From Candidatus Omnitrophota bacterium (GTDB taxonomy: Bacteria; Omnitrophota; Omnitrophia; Omnitrophales; Aquincolibacteriaceae), in assembly GCA_016930235.1 (NCBI GenBank), contig JAFGHI010000063.1, positions 799-64,798 on the forward strand: 64,000 nt of DNA, written 5' to 3'. This document shows, piece by piece, positions 9,205 through 18,809 of this stretch (the stretch's first letter is position 1; every line of letters begins with the position of its first letter). A model generated the notes under the pieces. The model saw nothing but the letters and a program-made list of their open reading frames with translations, had not been told where the DNA came from and ran no database searches. Made by a program: the position numbers and the translations under genes.

Positions 9205-10485
9205 ATGCGGAAGAGATTGAAGCTGACGGTATTAGCTCTGTGTCTCGGAGTGCTTGCCGGTTGCGGCGGGGTTGCCGGGGATGATGGGAAAATCCCTATT
9301 AAAGTCGCATTCTGGGGAAGCCCGGATGAAATTGATATTATCTCAGATTCGATCAAAGATTGGCAGGTATCCCACCCGAATATTAAAGTTGTCTTTGAAC
9401 ATACTCCTTATACCGGATATGACAGTAAAATTCTAACACGTATTGCGGGAGGCGCTGCTCCCGATATTATCGCCACAGAAGTTGATTACTTTGTTACTTT
9501 TGCGACAAAGAACGTCCTTGAAGATTTAACGCCCTACCTAGAAGAAGATGCGACCTTTTCCCAAGACGATTTCTTCCCGACAATTCTCGACCGTTTTACG
9601 GTAAAGGGGCACTTGCTTGCCTTGCCTCGCGATGTTGCACCGTTCGCTTGTGTTTTTTACAACAAAGAGTTGTTCGATGAAATGGGGCTAGACTATCCTA
9701 AGGATGATTGGTCATGGGACGACCTTTTGCGCTTAGCTCGAGTTTTAACAAAGAAAGATGCGAATGGACGCATTACCCAATATGGATTCTATGGCTGGGC
9801 TTGGCAGAATTTCGTGTACGGAAATGGCGGAGCTATTGTGGATGACATCAAAAATCCCACAAGGACCCTTTTAGATTCACCGGAGTCAATCCAAGGCGTT
9901 CAATTTTATGCAGATCTCATCAATATATATGAAGTGATGCCGACGCCCGTCGTTCTTTCCAATCTAGGGATGGGCATTGATTTAATGTTTGCAAGCGGCC
10001 GCTTAGCCATGTTGTTGTCCGGGATTTGGGAAACTCCGGGGCTGAGGAATTATAAATTCGATTGGGACGTTGCCATGTTTCCTAAAAACCCTAAAGGGGT
10101 TCGCGCTTTTGGTTCGGGCGGATCCGGGTACGCCATTTTAAAGTCCTCCAAACACAAGGAAGAAGCCTGGGAAGTTATCAAAGCTTTGACTGGCCCGGAA
10201 GGGCAAGCCGAATTAGCTAAACGAGGCCTGGCTCAACCCTCACGCATCGCCGTTGCTAAGGGGAAAGCTTGGGCAAAAGATCCGTCACGGCCCGCAAATA
10301 AAAAGATGCTTAATGAGGCCGTTAATTACATCAAATTTAGCCCGTTTCACCCAAGATGGCGTGAAGTTGAGGAAAAGTATCTGGCGCAAAAACTAGACCT
10401 TGTTTTTAATGGCAGGAAACAGGCCTCGGAAGTGTTAACGGAATTAGCTCCCACAATAAACGAGATATTACAGAGCTCCAAATAA
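9205..10485 (+). CDS. Extracellular solute-binding lipoprotein (ABC sugar-binding family 1)
   Basis: A lipobox LAGC signal is followed by an SBP_bac_1-like sequence. No permease or ATPase genes are adjacent. Confidence 0.75.
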   Translation: MRKRLKLTVLALCLGVLAGCGGVAGDDGKIPIKVAFWGSPDEIDIISDSIKDWQVSHPNIKVVFEHTPYTGYDSKILTRIAGGAAPDIIATEVDYFVTFATKNVLEDLTPYLEEDATFSQDDFFPTILDRFTVKGHLLALPRDVAPFACVFYNKELFDEMGLDYPKDDWSWDDLLRLARVLTKKDANGRITQYGFYGWAWQNFVYGNGGAIVDDIKNPTRTLLDSPESIQGVQFYADLINIYEVMPTPVVLSNLGMGIDLMFASGRLAMLLSGIWETPGLRNYKFDWDVAMFPKNPKGVRAFGSGGSGYAILKSSKHKEEAWEVIKALTGPEGQAELAKRGLAQPSRIAVAKGKAWAKDPSRPANKKMLNEAVNYIKFSPFHPRWREVEEKYLAQKLDLVFNGRKQASEVLTELAPTINEILQSSK

Positions 10486-10507
10486 GCAAAGAGGAATTTG
10501 ATTTAAC

Positions 10508-12952
10508 ATGGTTGACGCCGCTGTCCGCCCAAAAAAGAAAAAAACAAAATCTCAGAACGAAGAAAGAAAATTCGCTTCAAAATACGGGTATTTCACTTCG
10601 AACGGACGTGAATATGTGATCACACGCCCAGATACCCCCAGGCCCTGGGTGAATGTTATCTGTAATGGAGAATATGGGATGATCGAATCCCAAACAGGGT
10701 CCGGATTTTCCTGGTTTCATAACTCCAATCTTTCAAGAATAACCCGTTGGGAACAGGATTTAATCAAAGACAGTTGGGGGAAATATATTTATGTTCGGGA
10801 TCGGGAAAACAAGAAATTCTGGTCTGCGACATGGAAGCCTTGTTGCCCCAAGTTTGATTTTTTCGAAGCGCGCCATGGACAGGGGTATTCCATCCTGAAG
10901 AGCGTATATCAAGGCATCGAAATAACCAAAACGGTTTTCGTCGATTCTCTGGAAACCGCAGAGGTCTGGCACCTGAAAGTCAAAAATATTGAAAGGAAGA
11001 AGAGAAAGCTAAGCCTTTTTTCCTACTTCGAATGGTGTTTGGGGAATGCTGCAGATACCCATCGTGAGTTCCAAAAGACCTTCATTGAGACAAGGATTGA
11101 CCGAAAGAATCATTGTCTTTGGGGGCGAAAAAGACCCGCCTTAGTCCCGGGTTTTATTTCCACGGGGCTTTCGGAATCTCCTCTCGAGGCGTTCCATGCA
11201 TGCAACATTAAACCGGTTGCTTATGAGGGGGACAAAGAAGCTTTCTTCGGGAGATATGGGGAGATTCAATCCCCGAAAGCTGTTCGAGACGGGCACCTTC
11301 AAGACACAGACGGAAAGTGGGTGGATTCCATCGCGAGTTTGCAGGTTGATCTTGATTTGGCTCCGGGCGAAACGAAAGATGTTGTTTTTATCCTCGGGGC
11401 AACAAAAACCCGGGAGCACTGTGAAAATATTATCCAAAAATATAAGAACGCCGCATCTGTTAACCGAGAGCTTCTAAAGGTAAAAAAGTTCTGGGATTCT
11501 CTTGTCAATGCAACAACGATCGAGACGCCTGATGAAGCCATGGATATCATGACCAATATCTGGCTCAAGTATCAGGCGATCTCGGCGCGGCTGTGGGCGC
11601 GATGTGCCTATTATCAATCAAGCGGAGGATTCGGATTCCGCGATCAACTTCAAGATTCGCAAATTTTCTTTAGTTTGAAACCGGAATTGGCAAAACGGCA
11701 GATTTTACTCCATTCTGAACAACAGTTTCCGGACGGGACAGTGCACCATTGGTGGCATCATGGAACCTCGGTGGGGGCCGTGACCCACATGACAGACGAT
11801 TTGCTATGGTTGGTTTTTCTTACGCTCAATTATCTAGATGAAACAGCTGATGAAACCCTTTTAGAAGAAAGAACAAAATTTTTGCCCGACCCCAAAACAA
11901 AAGAGATCACAGAAGGGGCCATCTATGATCACTGCGTCAGGGCTATTCGGAAAGTCCTTTCCCGCTGGTCTGAACGAGGGCTCCCTTTGATTGGAGAAGG
12001 TGATTGGAATGACGGGATGAGCCATGTTGGGCTGAAATGGAAGGGGGAGTCGATTTGGCTTGGGCATTTTTTGTATGGGATATTAAAACGTTTTGCACCT
12101 ATTGCTGAACAGCGCGGAGAAAAGAATCTTAGTGACGAGTTTCTTCAGCGGGCGGAAGCTTTAAAAGACGCGATTAACAAGTACGGTTGGGATGGGGAGT
12201 GGTATCTCCGCGCGACGCGGGATGACGGGCGTCCACTGGGGAGTCAGGTTTGTGATGAAGGCAAGATTTTCTTGAATGCGCAAACATGGGCTGTTATTCA
12301 TGGAACCGCGACACCTGATCGGGCAAAAAAAGCCATGGAATCGGTTGCCAAATACCTTTACCGGGAATACGGACCGCTTCTTTTCACGCCAGCTTTTTCG
12401 GTGACGGATCCAACGATCGGATATTTGTCGCGTTATGCACCGTCTGTTCGTGAAAATGGAGGTCTTTATACCCATGCTGGGACTTGGGCTATTCAAGCGG
12501 AATGTATCATGCGCGATGCCCAGAAGGCCTACTCCGCTTATAAGAGTTTTAATCCTATTTTGCGAGGGCTTGATCCGGATCTTTATTATTGTGAACCGTA
12601 TGTAACACCTGGGAATGTCGATGGCCCCGACTCACCTAACTTTGGCAGGGGAGGATGGACGTGGTATACCGGATCCGGGACTTGGTATTATGTTATTGTC
12701 ATTAACTGGCTTCTGGGTATCCGGCCAATTCGCGAAGGGCTGCTTATTGATCCGGTAATTCCTCAAGATTGGCCGGGTTTTCGCATCAAAAGATATTTTC
12801 GAGGATCGCTTTATGAGATCGACGTAAAGAATCCGAACAAGTCCGGACAAGGCGTTAGAGAAATTCGAGTTGATCAGAAAAAGCAGTATTCAAACGTTGT
12901 CCCAGCATTTCATGACGGGAAAACTCACAAGGTTTGGGTGATTTTAAAATAG
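10508..12952 (+). CDS. GH94-family glycoside phosphorylase (cellobiose/chitobiose/beta-glucan-oligosaccharide phosphorylase-like)
   Basis: The N-terminal YGYFTSNGREYVITRPDTPRPWVNVICN block and the GEGDWNDGMS catalytic region are present. The 814-aa size fits the family. Confidence 0.8.
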   Translation: MVDAAVRPKKKKTKSQNEERKFASKYGYFTSNGREYVITRPDTPRPWVNVICNGEYGMIESQTGSGFSWFHNSNLSRITRWEQDLIKDSWGKYIYVRDRENKKFWSATWKPCCPKFDFFEARHGQGYSILKSVYQGIEITKTVFVDSLETAEVWHLKVKNIERKKRKLSLFSYFEWCLGNAADTHREFQKTFIETRIDRKNHCLWGRKRPALVPGFISTGLSESPLEAFHACNIKPVAYEGDKEAFFGRYGEIQSPKAVRDGHLQDTDGKWVDSIASLQVDLDLAPGETKDVVFILGATKTREHCENIIQKYKNAASVNRELLKVKKFWDSLVNATTIETPDEAMDIMTNIWLKYQAISARLWARCAYYQSSGGFGFRDQLQDSQIFFSLKPELAKRQILLHSEQQFPDGTVHHWWHHGTSVGAVTHMTDDLLWLVFLTLNYLDETADETLLEERTKFLPDPKTKEITEGAIYDHCVRAIRKVLSRWSERGLPLIGEGDWNDGMSHVGLKWKGESIWLGHFLYGILKRFAPIAEQRGEKNLSDEFLQRAEALKDAINKYGWDGEWYLRATRDDGRPLGSQVCDEGKIFLNAQTWAVIHGTATPDRAKKAMESVAKYLYREYGPLLFTPAFSVTDPTIGYLSRYAPSVRENGGLYTHAGTWAIQAECIMRDAQKAYSAYKSFNPILRGLDPDLYYCEPYVTPGNVDGPDSPNFGRGGWTWYTGSGTWYYVIVINWLLGIRPIREGLLIDPVIPQDWPGFRIKRYFRGSLYEIDVKNPNKSGQGVREIRVDQKKQYSNVVPAFHDGKTHKVWVILK

Positions 12953-12974
12953 TTTTTTACGAAGAAGTTACGCA

Positions 12975-15047
12975 TTGTTAATCAATAATCGCGGATTATA
13001 CAAACAGGGATATCGAAACCGTAAAAGAGGGCGGAAACCGCATCGGCTTTATTTAAGCCTTCTTTATGGCCTTCTCACATTGTTGTGTGGCTTAATTCCC
13101 ACTGTTGTTATGGCCGACATCAATCTTGCCCCAGAAAGCCTGCCGCAAGTCTATGAGACAGTCCCCTCAAACCTTTCACTTCAATCTGCTTCGAGATTTA
13201 TTGTTCTCGATGATTTTAACCGTGGTCAGATGGAAAGCCCCGATGGCACCACATGGAGAATAAAGGCCCCGGAAATAGGGGCGCTCGATTTATCCTTAGA
13301 AAAGGAAGATAGCCGGAGCGAACGCCGCGGTCGGTCACTCAAGGCAAAATTCCATCTTATGGCTGGAGAGAGAGTTTCGTGGAGAAGATTATTCCAGAGA
13401 ATAGATGTCAGCCAAGCGGAGTACCTCGTTTTCCGTTACCGCCTCGAAAGCGATAAGCCTTTTGGTGGGAAGATCATTGTTTCGATGACCGATGGAAATT
13501 ACAAGCGGGCAAGTTATGAGATCGCGAGCGAGCGAGTTGAAGTTTCGAAAGCATGGAAAGATGTAATCCTTCCCCTGAAATATTTTGAAGGGATTGATTT
13601 CGACCAGTTTTTTTCTTTGAGGTTTTCTATCCAAGCCGAAAAAAGCGAGCTTTCAGGTAGTTTGCGGCTTGATGAAATTGCCTTTTTTGGGCAGGAAGAT
13701 CTTGAATTTGAATGCCGGCGGGACAATTTAAAGGGATTTCCTGAGAAATCGTATGATGAAACCGCCCGCCAGAAACTACTCAGGGAGACAGATAGCCGCC
13801 GCCTGCTAGAGAAGATTGCCAGAGACACTTGGAAATATTTTGAAAACGCCAGAGACAAGGAGACGCACTTAATTGTTGACCATCTCCGGGTAGGTGAAAT
13901 TTCTTTGGCGGCCGATTATACGTCGCCCACCAATATTGCTATGGACCTGCTGGCAGTACTTACAGCAAGGGAGATGGGGTTCATCTCCAAAGATGGGGCT
14001 CGGAAAACAACCCGGAATATTCTTGAAACTTTAAAGCAACTCAAGCGCTATAAAGGATTTTTCTACAATTTTTATCACACTCGAAACCTTTTGGTAACGC
14101 GCAGTTACGTTTCGACTGTCGACAATGGTTGGCTCGCGACAGCGCTTGTGGTTGTTCGGCAAGCCTACGGGGAGGAGATCCACGAGATTGCGACAAGCAT
14201 TTTAGATTCAATTTCCTTTGATAAGCTGCTGGACTCAGAAAATAAGCAGTTGGTCATTGGCCTTGAAGTTCCGGAAAAGGATTTTGGGAAATATCATTAC
14301 GGGATGTTAATCTCAGAAGCTAGGGCAACGAGCCTTTATGCTATCGGGAAAGGCGATATTCCGCGGGACCACTGGTGGTTTTTATTTCGAACGCCCCCTC
14401 AAAGTTGGACATGGCAAAATCAAAAACCGAAAGGCGAAGTCGTTTCCTATGATGAGGCGGATGTTTTCGAAGGATATTACGAGTATAACGGAAAAAAATT
14501 TGTTCCCAGTTGGGGCGGATCTCTCTTCGAATTCTTGATGCCAACGCTCGTGCTTAAGACCAGAGAATTAGCGCCTAAGAGTTTTGGTCTAAATAATCGT
14601 ATCGTTGCGGAAATTCACCGCGATTACGCATTAATCGAAAAAAAGTATCCCGTTTGGGGAATTTCCCCTGCCGCCACTTCGGATGGCAGGAGGTGGCGGT
14701 ACGAAGAATATGGGATTAAAGGCTTGGCGGTGAAGGGTTATCCGGACAAGGGCATTTTGACACCGCATGTAAGCTTTCTTGCACTGGATGTTTTGCCGGA
14801 AGATGCTATCATCAATATTCAGAATTTTCTGAAGTTTCCTATCTATGGGGAATATGGATTTTATGATTCTCTGGATGCCAAGCGAAATCAGGTTAATCCG
14901 CAATACTTGGCGCTTGACCAGGGGATGATTTTGGCAGCCTTGTGCAACTATCTTCGCGGGGGTGTTATTCAGGAATATTTTCATCAAGACCCTGTTGGAA
15001 AGGCTGCCGAAGACCTCCTTATGAAAGAAAGATTCTTCGGGCAATAA
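12975..15047 (+). CDS. Secreted large protein with an N-terminal beta-sandwich (CBM-like) domain and a C-terminal (alpha/alpha)6 glucoamylase-like domain; possibly DUF3131/GH144-like
   Basis: The N-terminus is signal-peptide-like (LLYGLLTLLCGLIPTVVMA). The C-terminal region is rich in W/Y/G motifs typical of six-hairpin glycosidases. The exact family is not certain. Confidence 0.5.
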   Translation: MLINNRGLYKQGYRNRKRGRKPHRLYLSLLYGLLTLLCGLIPTVVMADINLAPESLPQVYETVPSNLSLQSASRFIVLDDFNRGQMESPDGTTWRIKAPEIGALDLSLEKEDSRSERRGRSLKAKFHLMAGERVSWRRLFQRIDVSQAEYLVFRYRLESDKPFGGKIIVSMTDGNYKRASYEIASERVEVSKAWKDVILPLKYFEGIDFDQFFSLRFSIQAEKSELSGSLRLDEIAFFGQEDLEFECRRDNLKGFPEKSYDETARQKLLRETDSRRLLEKIARDTWKYFENARDKETHLIVDHLRVGEISLAADYTSPTNIAMDLLAVLTAREMGFISKDGARKTTRNILETLKQLKRYKGFFYNFYHTRNLLVTRSYVSTVDNGWLATALVVVRQAYGEEIHEIATSILDSISFDKLLDSENKQLVIGLEVPEKDFGKYHYGMLISEARATSLYAIGKGDIPRDHWWFLFRTPPQSWTWQNQKPKGEVVSYDEADVFEGYYEYNGKKFVPSWGGSLFEFLMPTLVLKTRELAPKSFGLNNRIVAEIHRDYALIEKKYPVWGISPAATSDGRRWRYEEYGIKGLAVKGYPDKGILTPHVSFLALDVLPEDAIINIQNFLKFPIYGEYGFYDSLDAKRNQVNPQYLALDQGMILAALCNYLRGGVIQEYFHQDPVGKAAEDLLMKERFFGQ

Positions 15048-15173
15048 GATATCCTTTGAAAAAATATTTTTTAGCGATACAATACTTCCCACTTAACAAC
15101 TATAGCCATTTTAAAAACCCACTAAAAAGATTATTAAATGTTTTTTTGATTTTTAGAAAGGAGCTTATCCGCC

Positions 15174-16397
15174 ATGCCAATGATCAAACAGATTCTCCTC
15201 AAAGACCGAATTCTCACTGACAAGGAACGGAAAAATCTTGCGATCCTGGAAGTGATTCGCAAAAACGGACCGATTTCTAGAACAGATATCTCGAAAATCA
15301 CAGAGCTGAACATTGTAACTGTATCAAATTATGTCAATCACTACATCCGCAAAGGGTTGGTCGTGGAAGGAGAATTGGATGAATCCACGGGCGGTCGAAA
15401 GCCCGTTTTAGTGGAATTGAATTCGAAAGCGGGCTACATCGTAGGCGTTGGGTTGAATATGATGAGCACGGTCGGCGTTCTGGTGGATTTAGAAATTAAT
15501 GTGGTAGCGGAAATGAAACGGGACCGGCATCCTGAAAATTCAGAAGCTGTCATTGAGAGTATGGTCAATATGGCCACAGAAGTCATTGAAAAAGCAAATG
15601 TGGACCGGGATAAAATTGTTGGCGTTGGCGTTGGTGTCCCCGGAATTATTGACGAAAGAGGGCGCACGATTCGTTGGCCGCAAAGCTTGGGGGAGAAGGA
15701 TATTTCTGTTTGTTTATCAATCAAAGACACTTTTGAGAAACGTCTCAACATTCCGACTTTTGTTGAGAATGATGCTAACGCTGCTGTCTTGGGTGAAAAA
15801 TGGCTTGGGTTAGATCGGGATGTTCGGCACATGCTGTATATGTTTTCAGGTGTTGGATGCGGAATCCTCGTCAACGGTGAGATCTATCGAGGAGCAACGG
15901 GGGCAGCGGGGGAACTTGGCATTTCTAGCTCTCAGGCATCGAAAGAGCAAGCACACGAGATTGCAAAGCAGTTGGGGCGGTGGGAAATGGATTTGGGTGT
16001 GACCCGCCGCATGAGAACCGCGATTGAAAAAGGATCGCCGACAATTCTCAAAGATTTTGTGAACGGGGATGCTTCCAAACTTACTTTTAAAGACATTGTT
16101 AGGGCCGTGAAAGAGAAAGATAAGCTTACTATTCAAGCCATCGAAGAAGGGGGCTATGAGTTAGGAAAGAAGATAGCTTTCCTCATCAATCTTTTGAATC
16201 CTGAGATTGTTGTGATTGGCGGCGGGGTTGAAGATTGCGGTTCCCCGATTCTTGATTCGATCAAGACGGCGATAAAAGAATGGGCTGTAGAAGAAGCTTC
16301 TTCCCAAGTGAAAATAATTCCTTCGGCTTTCGGCGAAAATGCTGTTGCCTTAGGAGTGGTCGGGATCGTCGCAAGAGAAGTTTTTGCGCAAGCCTAA
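15174..16397 (+). CDS. ROK-family transcriptional regulator (NagC/XylR-like)
   Basis: An N-terminal HTH is followed by a ROK sugar-kinase-like fold with glycine-rich motifs. Confidence 0.85.
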   Translation: MPMIKQILLKDRILTDKERKNLAILEVIRKNGPISRTDISKITELNIVTVSNYVNHYIRKGLVVEGELDESTGGRKPVLVELNSKAGYIVGVGLNMMSTVGVLVDLEINVVAEMKRDRHPENSEAVIESMVNMATEVIEKANVDRDKIVGVGVGVPGIIDERGRTIRWPQSLGEKDISVCLSIKDTFEKRLNIPTFVENDANAAVLGEKWLGLDRDVRHMLYMFSGVGCGILVNGEIYRGATGAAGELGISSSQASKEQAHEIAKQLGRWEMDLGVTRRMRTAIEKGSPTILKDFVNGDASKLTFKDIVRAVKEKDKLTIQAIEEGGYELGKKIAFLINLLNPEIVVIGGGVEDCGSPILDSIKTAIKEWAVEEASSQVKIIPSAFGENAVALGVVGIVAREVFAQA

Positions 16398-17115
16398 TGT
16401 GCCTCTAGAAGATTTTGTTTCACATCTCGAAGAATTTCGAAGGCGCCTCCTTGTTTCTCTGCTGGCTTTTGGCGGGGCGACGGTTCTGTGTTTATTCTTT
16501 TCAGGACAACTCCTCGATTTTTTCATTAAGCCTCTCCAAGAGTATGGGGATTTACAACTTTTTTTTCAAAAGCCATACGAAGCATTTTTGACTCACTTAA
16601 AGGTTGCGGCCCTTGGCGGGATCTTTCTGGCCTCTCCCATTATTTTTTCTCAAGTTTGGTTGTTTGTCGCTCCGGGGCTTTACGACTCGGAAAAGAAGAT
16701 TTTGACGCCGCTTATCCTTGTCTCAGTTCTTCTCTTTTCGTCGGGGGCCTTCTTTGCTTATCAAGTGGTGATCCCCTGGGGGCTTCGGTTTCTTTTAAGT
16801 TATCAGACGGAAAGTTTAAGGCCTTTATTGGGGGTCGGGCCTTATTTTTCATTTCTTATGGGAACGATAATTGCCTTTGGCGTCCTTTTTGAGTTTCCAA
16901 TCGTGATGGTGGGCCTTGTTCAACTTCAGATTGCGCAAACTAAGGACCTTGCAAGAAGTCGACGGTTGATTATTGTCCTTATTTTTGTTGCGGCTGCTGT
17001 TCTAACACCTTCACCGGATCCTGTTAGTCAAGTATTCTTAGCTGTCCCCTTAATGATTCTTTTTGAAATATCCCTATGGGTATGTCAATGGGTTGAGAAA
17101 AGGAAGAATTCATAG
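16384..17115 (+). CDS. tatC: Sec-independent protein translocase TatC
   Basis: The product has six TM segments and a TatC N-terminal HLxELRxRL-like motif (HLEEFRRRLL). It overlaps the ROK gene by 14 nt. Confidence 0.85.
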   Translation: MRKPNVPLEDFVSHLEEFRRRLLVSLLAFGGATVLCLFFSGQLLDFFIKPLQEYGDLQLFFQKPYEAFLTHLKVAALGGIFLASPIIFSQVWLFVAPGLYDSEKKILTPLILVSVLLFSSGAFFAYQVVIPWGLRFLLSYQTESLRPLLGVGPYFSFLMGTIIAFGVLFEFPIVMVGLVQLQIAQTKDLARSRRLIIVLIFVAAAVLTPSPDPVSQVFLAVPLMILFEISLWVCQWVEKRKNS

Positions 17116-17128
17116 ATCGGGGGAGAGA

Positions 17129-17157
17129 TTGACACCCCTAGGCTTTGATTGTATATT
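17129..17157 (+). promoter_or_regulatory. Sigma70-type promoter TTGACA-17-TATATT upstream of cysC
   Basis: TTGACA at 17129-17134 and TATATT at 17152-17157 precede a roughly 140-nt leader that contains an imperfect hairpin. Confidence 0.5.
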
Positions 17158-17302
17158 GACAAAGTTTAGCTCCCATTGAGAGATCATGAAATCTTCCTAA
17201 CCTTATCTGCCATAAGGAGTTAGGCCTGGCCAGTTTGATCTTGATGTTTTTCTGGGTTAGAAATTTGAAGGGAATTACAATTTTTTAAGGAGGTTTTAAA
17301 CA

Positions 17303-17884
17303 ATGAGTCATTCTGTTTTAGAGGCACAGAGCGTAAAATTGCTGAAAGGGGTTACAATCTGGTTTACAGGTCTTCCCAGTTCGGGGAAATCGACCATTGC
17401 CAACATTTTAGGGCGGGCGTTTCGAAAATGGGGCGTCAAATCCGAAATTCTAGACGGAGATGTTGTTCGGACAAATCTTAGCAAAGGGCTCGGTTTTTCT
17501 AAAGAAGACCGCGATATTAACATCAAAAGAATAGGTTTTGTTTGCCATCTCTTGACTCGCAACGATGTTGTTGCGATTGCCGCCGCTATTTCCCCTTATC
17601 GTGAAATTCGGGACTTTAATCGAAGAATGATCGGTAATTTTATGGAAGTTTATGTCCAAACATCGCTGGAAGAATGTGAAAAACGCGATGTCAAAGGACT
17701 TTATCAAAAAGCCAGATCAGGAGCCATTAAGGGATTTACCGGCGTTGATGACCCTTACGAAACGCCTCTGGCCCCCGAAGCGGTTTGCGAGACGGAAAAA
17801 GAAACTCCGGAAGAGTCCGCAAGCAAAGTCATTGCTCGAATGGAGGAGCTGGGGTATCTCCAAATTCAGGAAGCAGCCGTATAG
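17303..17884 (+). CDS. cysC: Adenylyl-sulfate (APS) kinase
   Basis: The P-loop GLPSSGKSTIA and the 193-aa APS kinase fold are present, preceded by a strong RBS AAGGAGG. Confidence 0.9.
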   Translation: MSHSVLEAQSVKLLKGVTIWFTGLPSSGKSTIANILGRAFRKWGVKSEILDGDVVRTNLSKGLGFSKEDRDINIKRIGFVCHLLTRNDVVAIAAAISPYREIRDFNRRMIGNFMEVYVQTSLEECEKRDVKGLYQKARSGAIKGFTGVDDPYETPLAPEAVCETEKETPEESASKVIARMEELGYLQIQEAAV

Positions 17885-17903
17885 TTGCCCGAAAAAGATT
17901 CGC

Positions 17904-18773
17904 ATGAATAAAATCGACCTGCATATTCACACAACGTGCTCAGACGGCTCTTACTCGCCTCTTGAGATTATGAAAAAGGCGAAGGCCGAAGGGATATGGC
18001 TTATTTCCGTGACGGATCATGATACTCTTTCAGGTTACGAGGAGTGTTGTCGGGAAGCCCGTCGTTTCGAAGTTCAGTATATCCCAGGTATTGAAATGAG
18101 CGCTCAGTTTGATCCTGGAACTCTGCATATTCTTGGATATTTTGTTAATCCGGGAAATGGTGAACTCCAACGGAAAATCCAGGAGGTTCAGCAGGCTAGA
18201 TTGGATCGCAATCCTCAGATCATTGAAAAGTTGAATTTCCATGGAGTTGAGATAACTTTGAAAGAGGTTCAAGCCGTGGCTTATGGCAGCGCTGGCGGAG
18301 GGCAAGAAGGTCAACAATTAGGGCGTCCTCATTTTGCGGAGACACTTCTGAGAAAAGGCTACGTCAAGACATATCAAGAAGCTTTTGAAAAATTTTTGGC
18401 GAAGGGGAAGATCGCCTATGTTGACAAGCGACGTTTGACATCCGAAGAGATCATCCAAGCGATTCATCAGGCAGGCGGCGTTGCTGTTGTGGCACACCCG
18501 AAACTTATGCGTCTTGGAGAAATTGCTTTAGAAGAAGCGCTCGAGAAAATGGTTGGGGAAGGGCTTGACGGGCTCGAGGTTTATAGCAGTTGTCATGGGG
18601 CCTCCGACGTTGCATCTTATCAAAAATTGGCGAAACGGTTCGGGTTGATTCAAACCGGCGGAAGCGATTTTCACGGGACCAAGAAACCGAATGTTCGATT
18701 GGGCGATATCGGGAAGGGTTTTGAGCTTCAAGAAGATATTTACGAAACGCTTCGCGCGAAATCGAAGATGTGA
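17904..18773 (+). CDS. PHP-domain phosphoesterase (candidate 3',5'-bisphosphate nucleotidase)
   Basis: The protein starts MNKIDLHIHTTCSDGS, the PHP metal-binding motif. The ORF-track entry 17652-18773 overlaps cysC in another frame, so the true start is the in-frame ATG at 17904. Confidence 0.8.
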   Translation: MNKIDLHIHTTCSDGSYSPLEIMKKAKAEGIWLISVTDHDTLSGYEECCREARRFEVQYIPGIEMSAQFDPGTLHILGYFVNPGNGELQRKIQEVQQARLDRNPQIIEKLNFHGVEITLKEVQAVAYGSAGGGQEGQQLGRPHFAETLLRKGYVKTYQEAFEKFLAKGKIAYVDKRRLTSEEIIQAIHQAGGVAVVAHPKLMRLGEIALEEALEKMVGEGLDGLEVYSSCHGASDVASYQKLAKRFGLIQTGGSDFHGTKKPNVRLGDIGKGFELQEDIYETLRAKSKM

Positions 18774-18809
18774 AACTTTAAATTCATTGACTGAAGGGAA
18801 GGAAAAGAA

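Noticed and set aside
15056-15086. Possible promoter TTGAAA...TACAAT upstream of the ROK regulator gene
   Set aside because: The spacer is either 14 or 19 nt depending on the -10 chosen. That is too irregular to annotate with confidence.
17199-17260. Imperfect hairpin in the cysC leader considered as a riboswitch or attenuator
   Set aside because: The stem is short and imperfect, with no following U-tract and no recognisable SAM, T-box or other riboswitch core.
17652-17903. N-terminal 84 codons of ORF-track entry 17652-18773
   Set aside because: This portion overlaps cysC in a different frame. The PHP-domain motif begins at the in-frame ATG 17904, so the real gene is 17904-18773.
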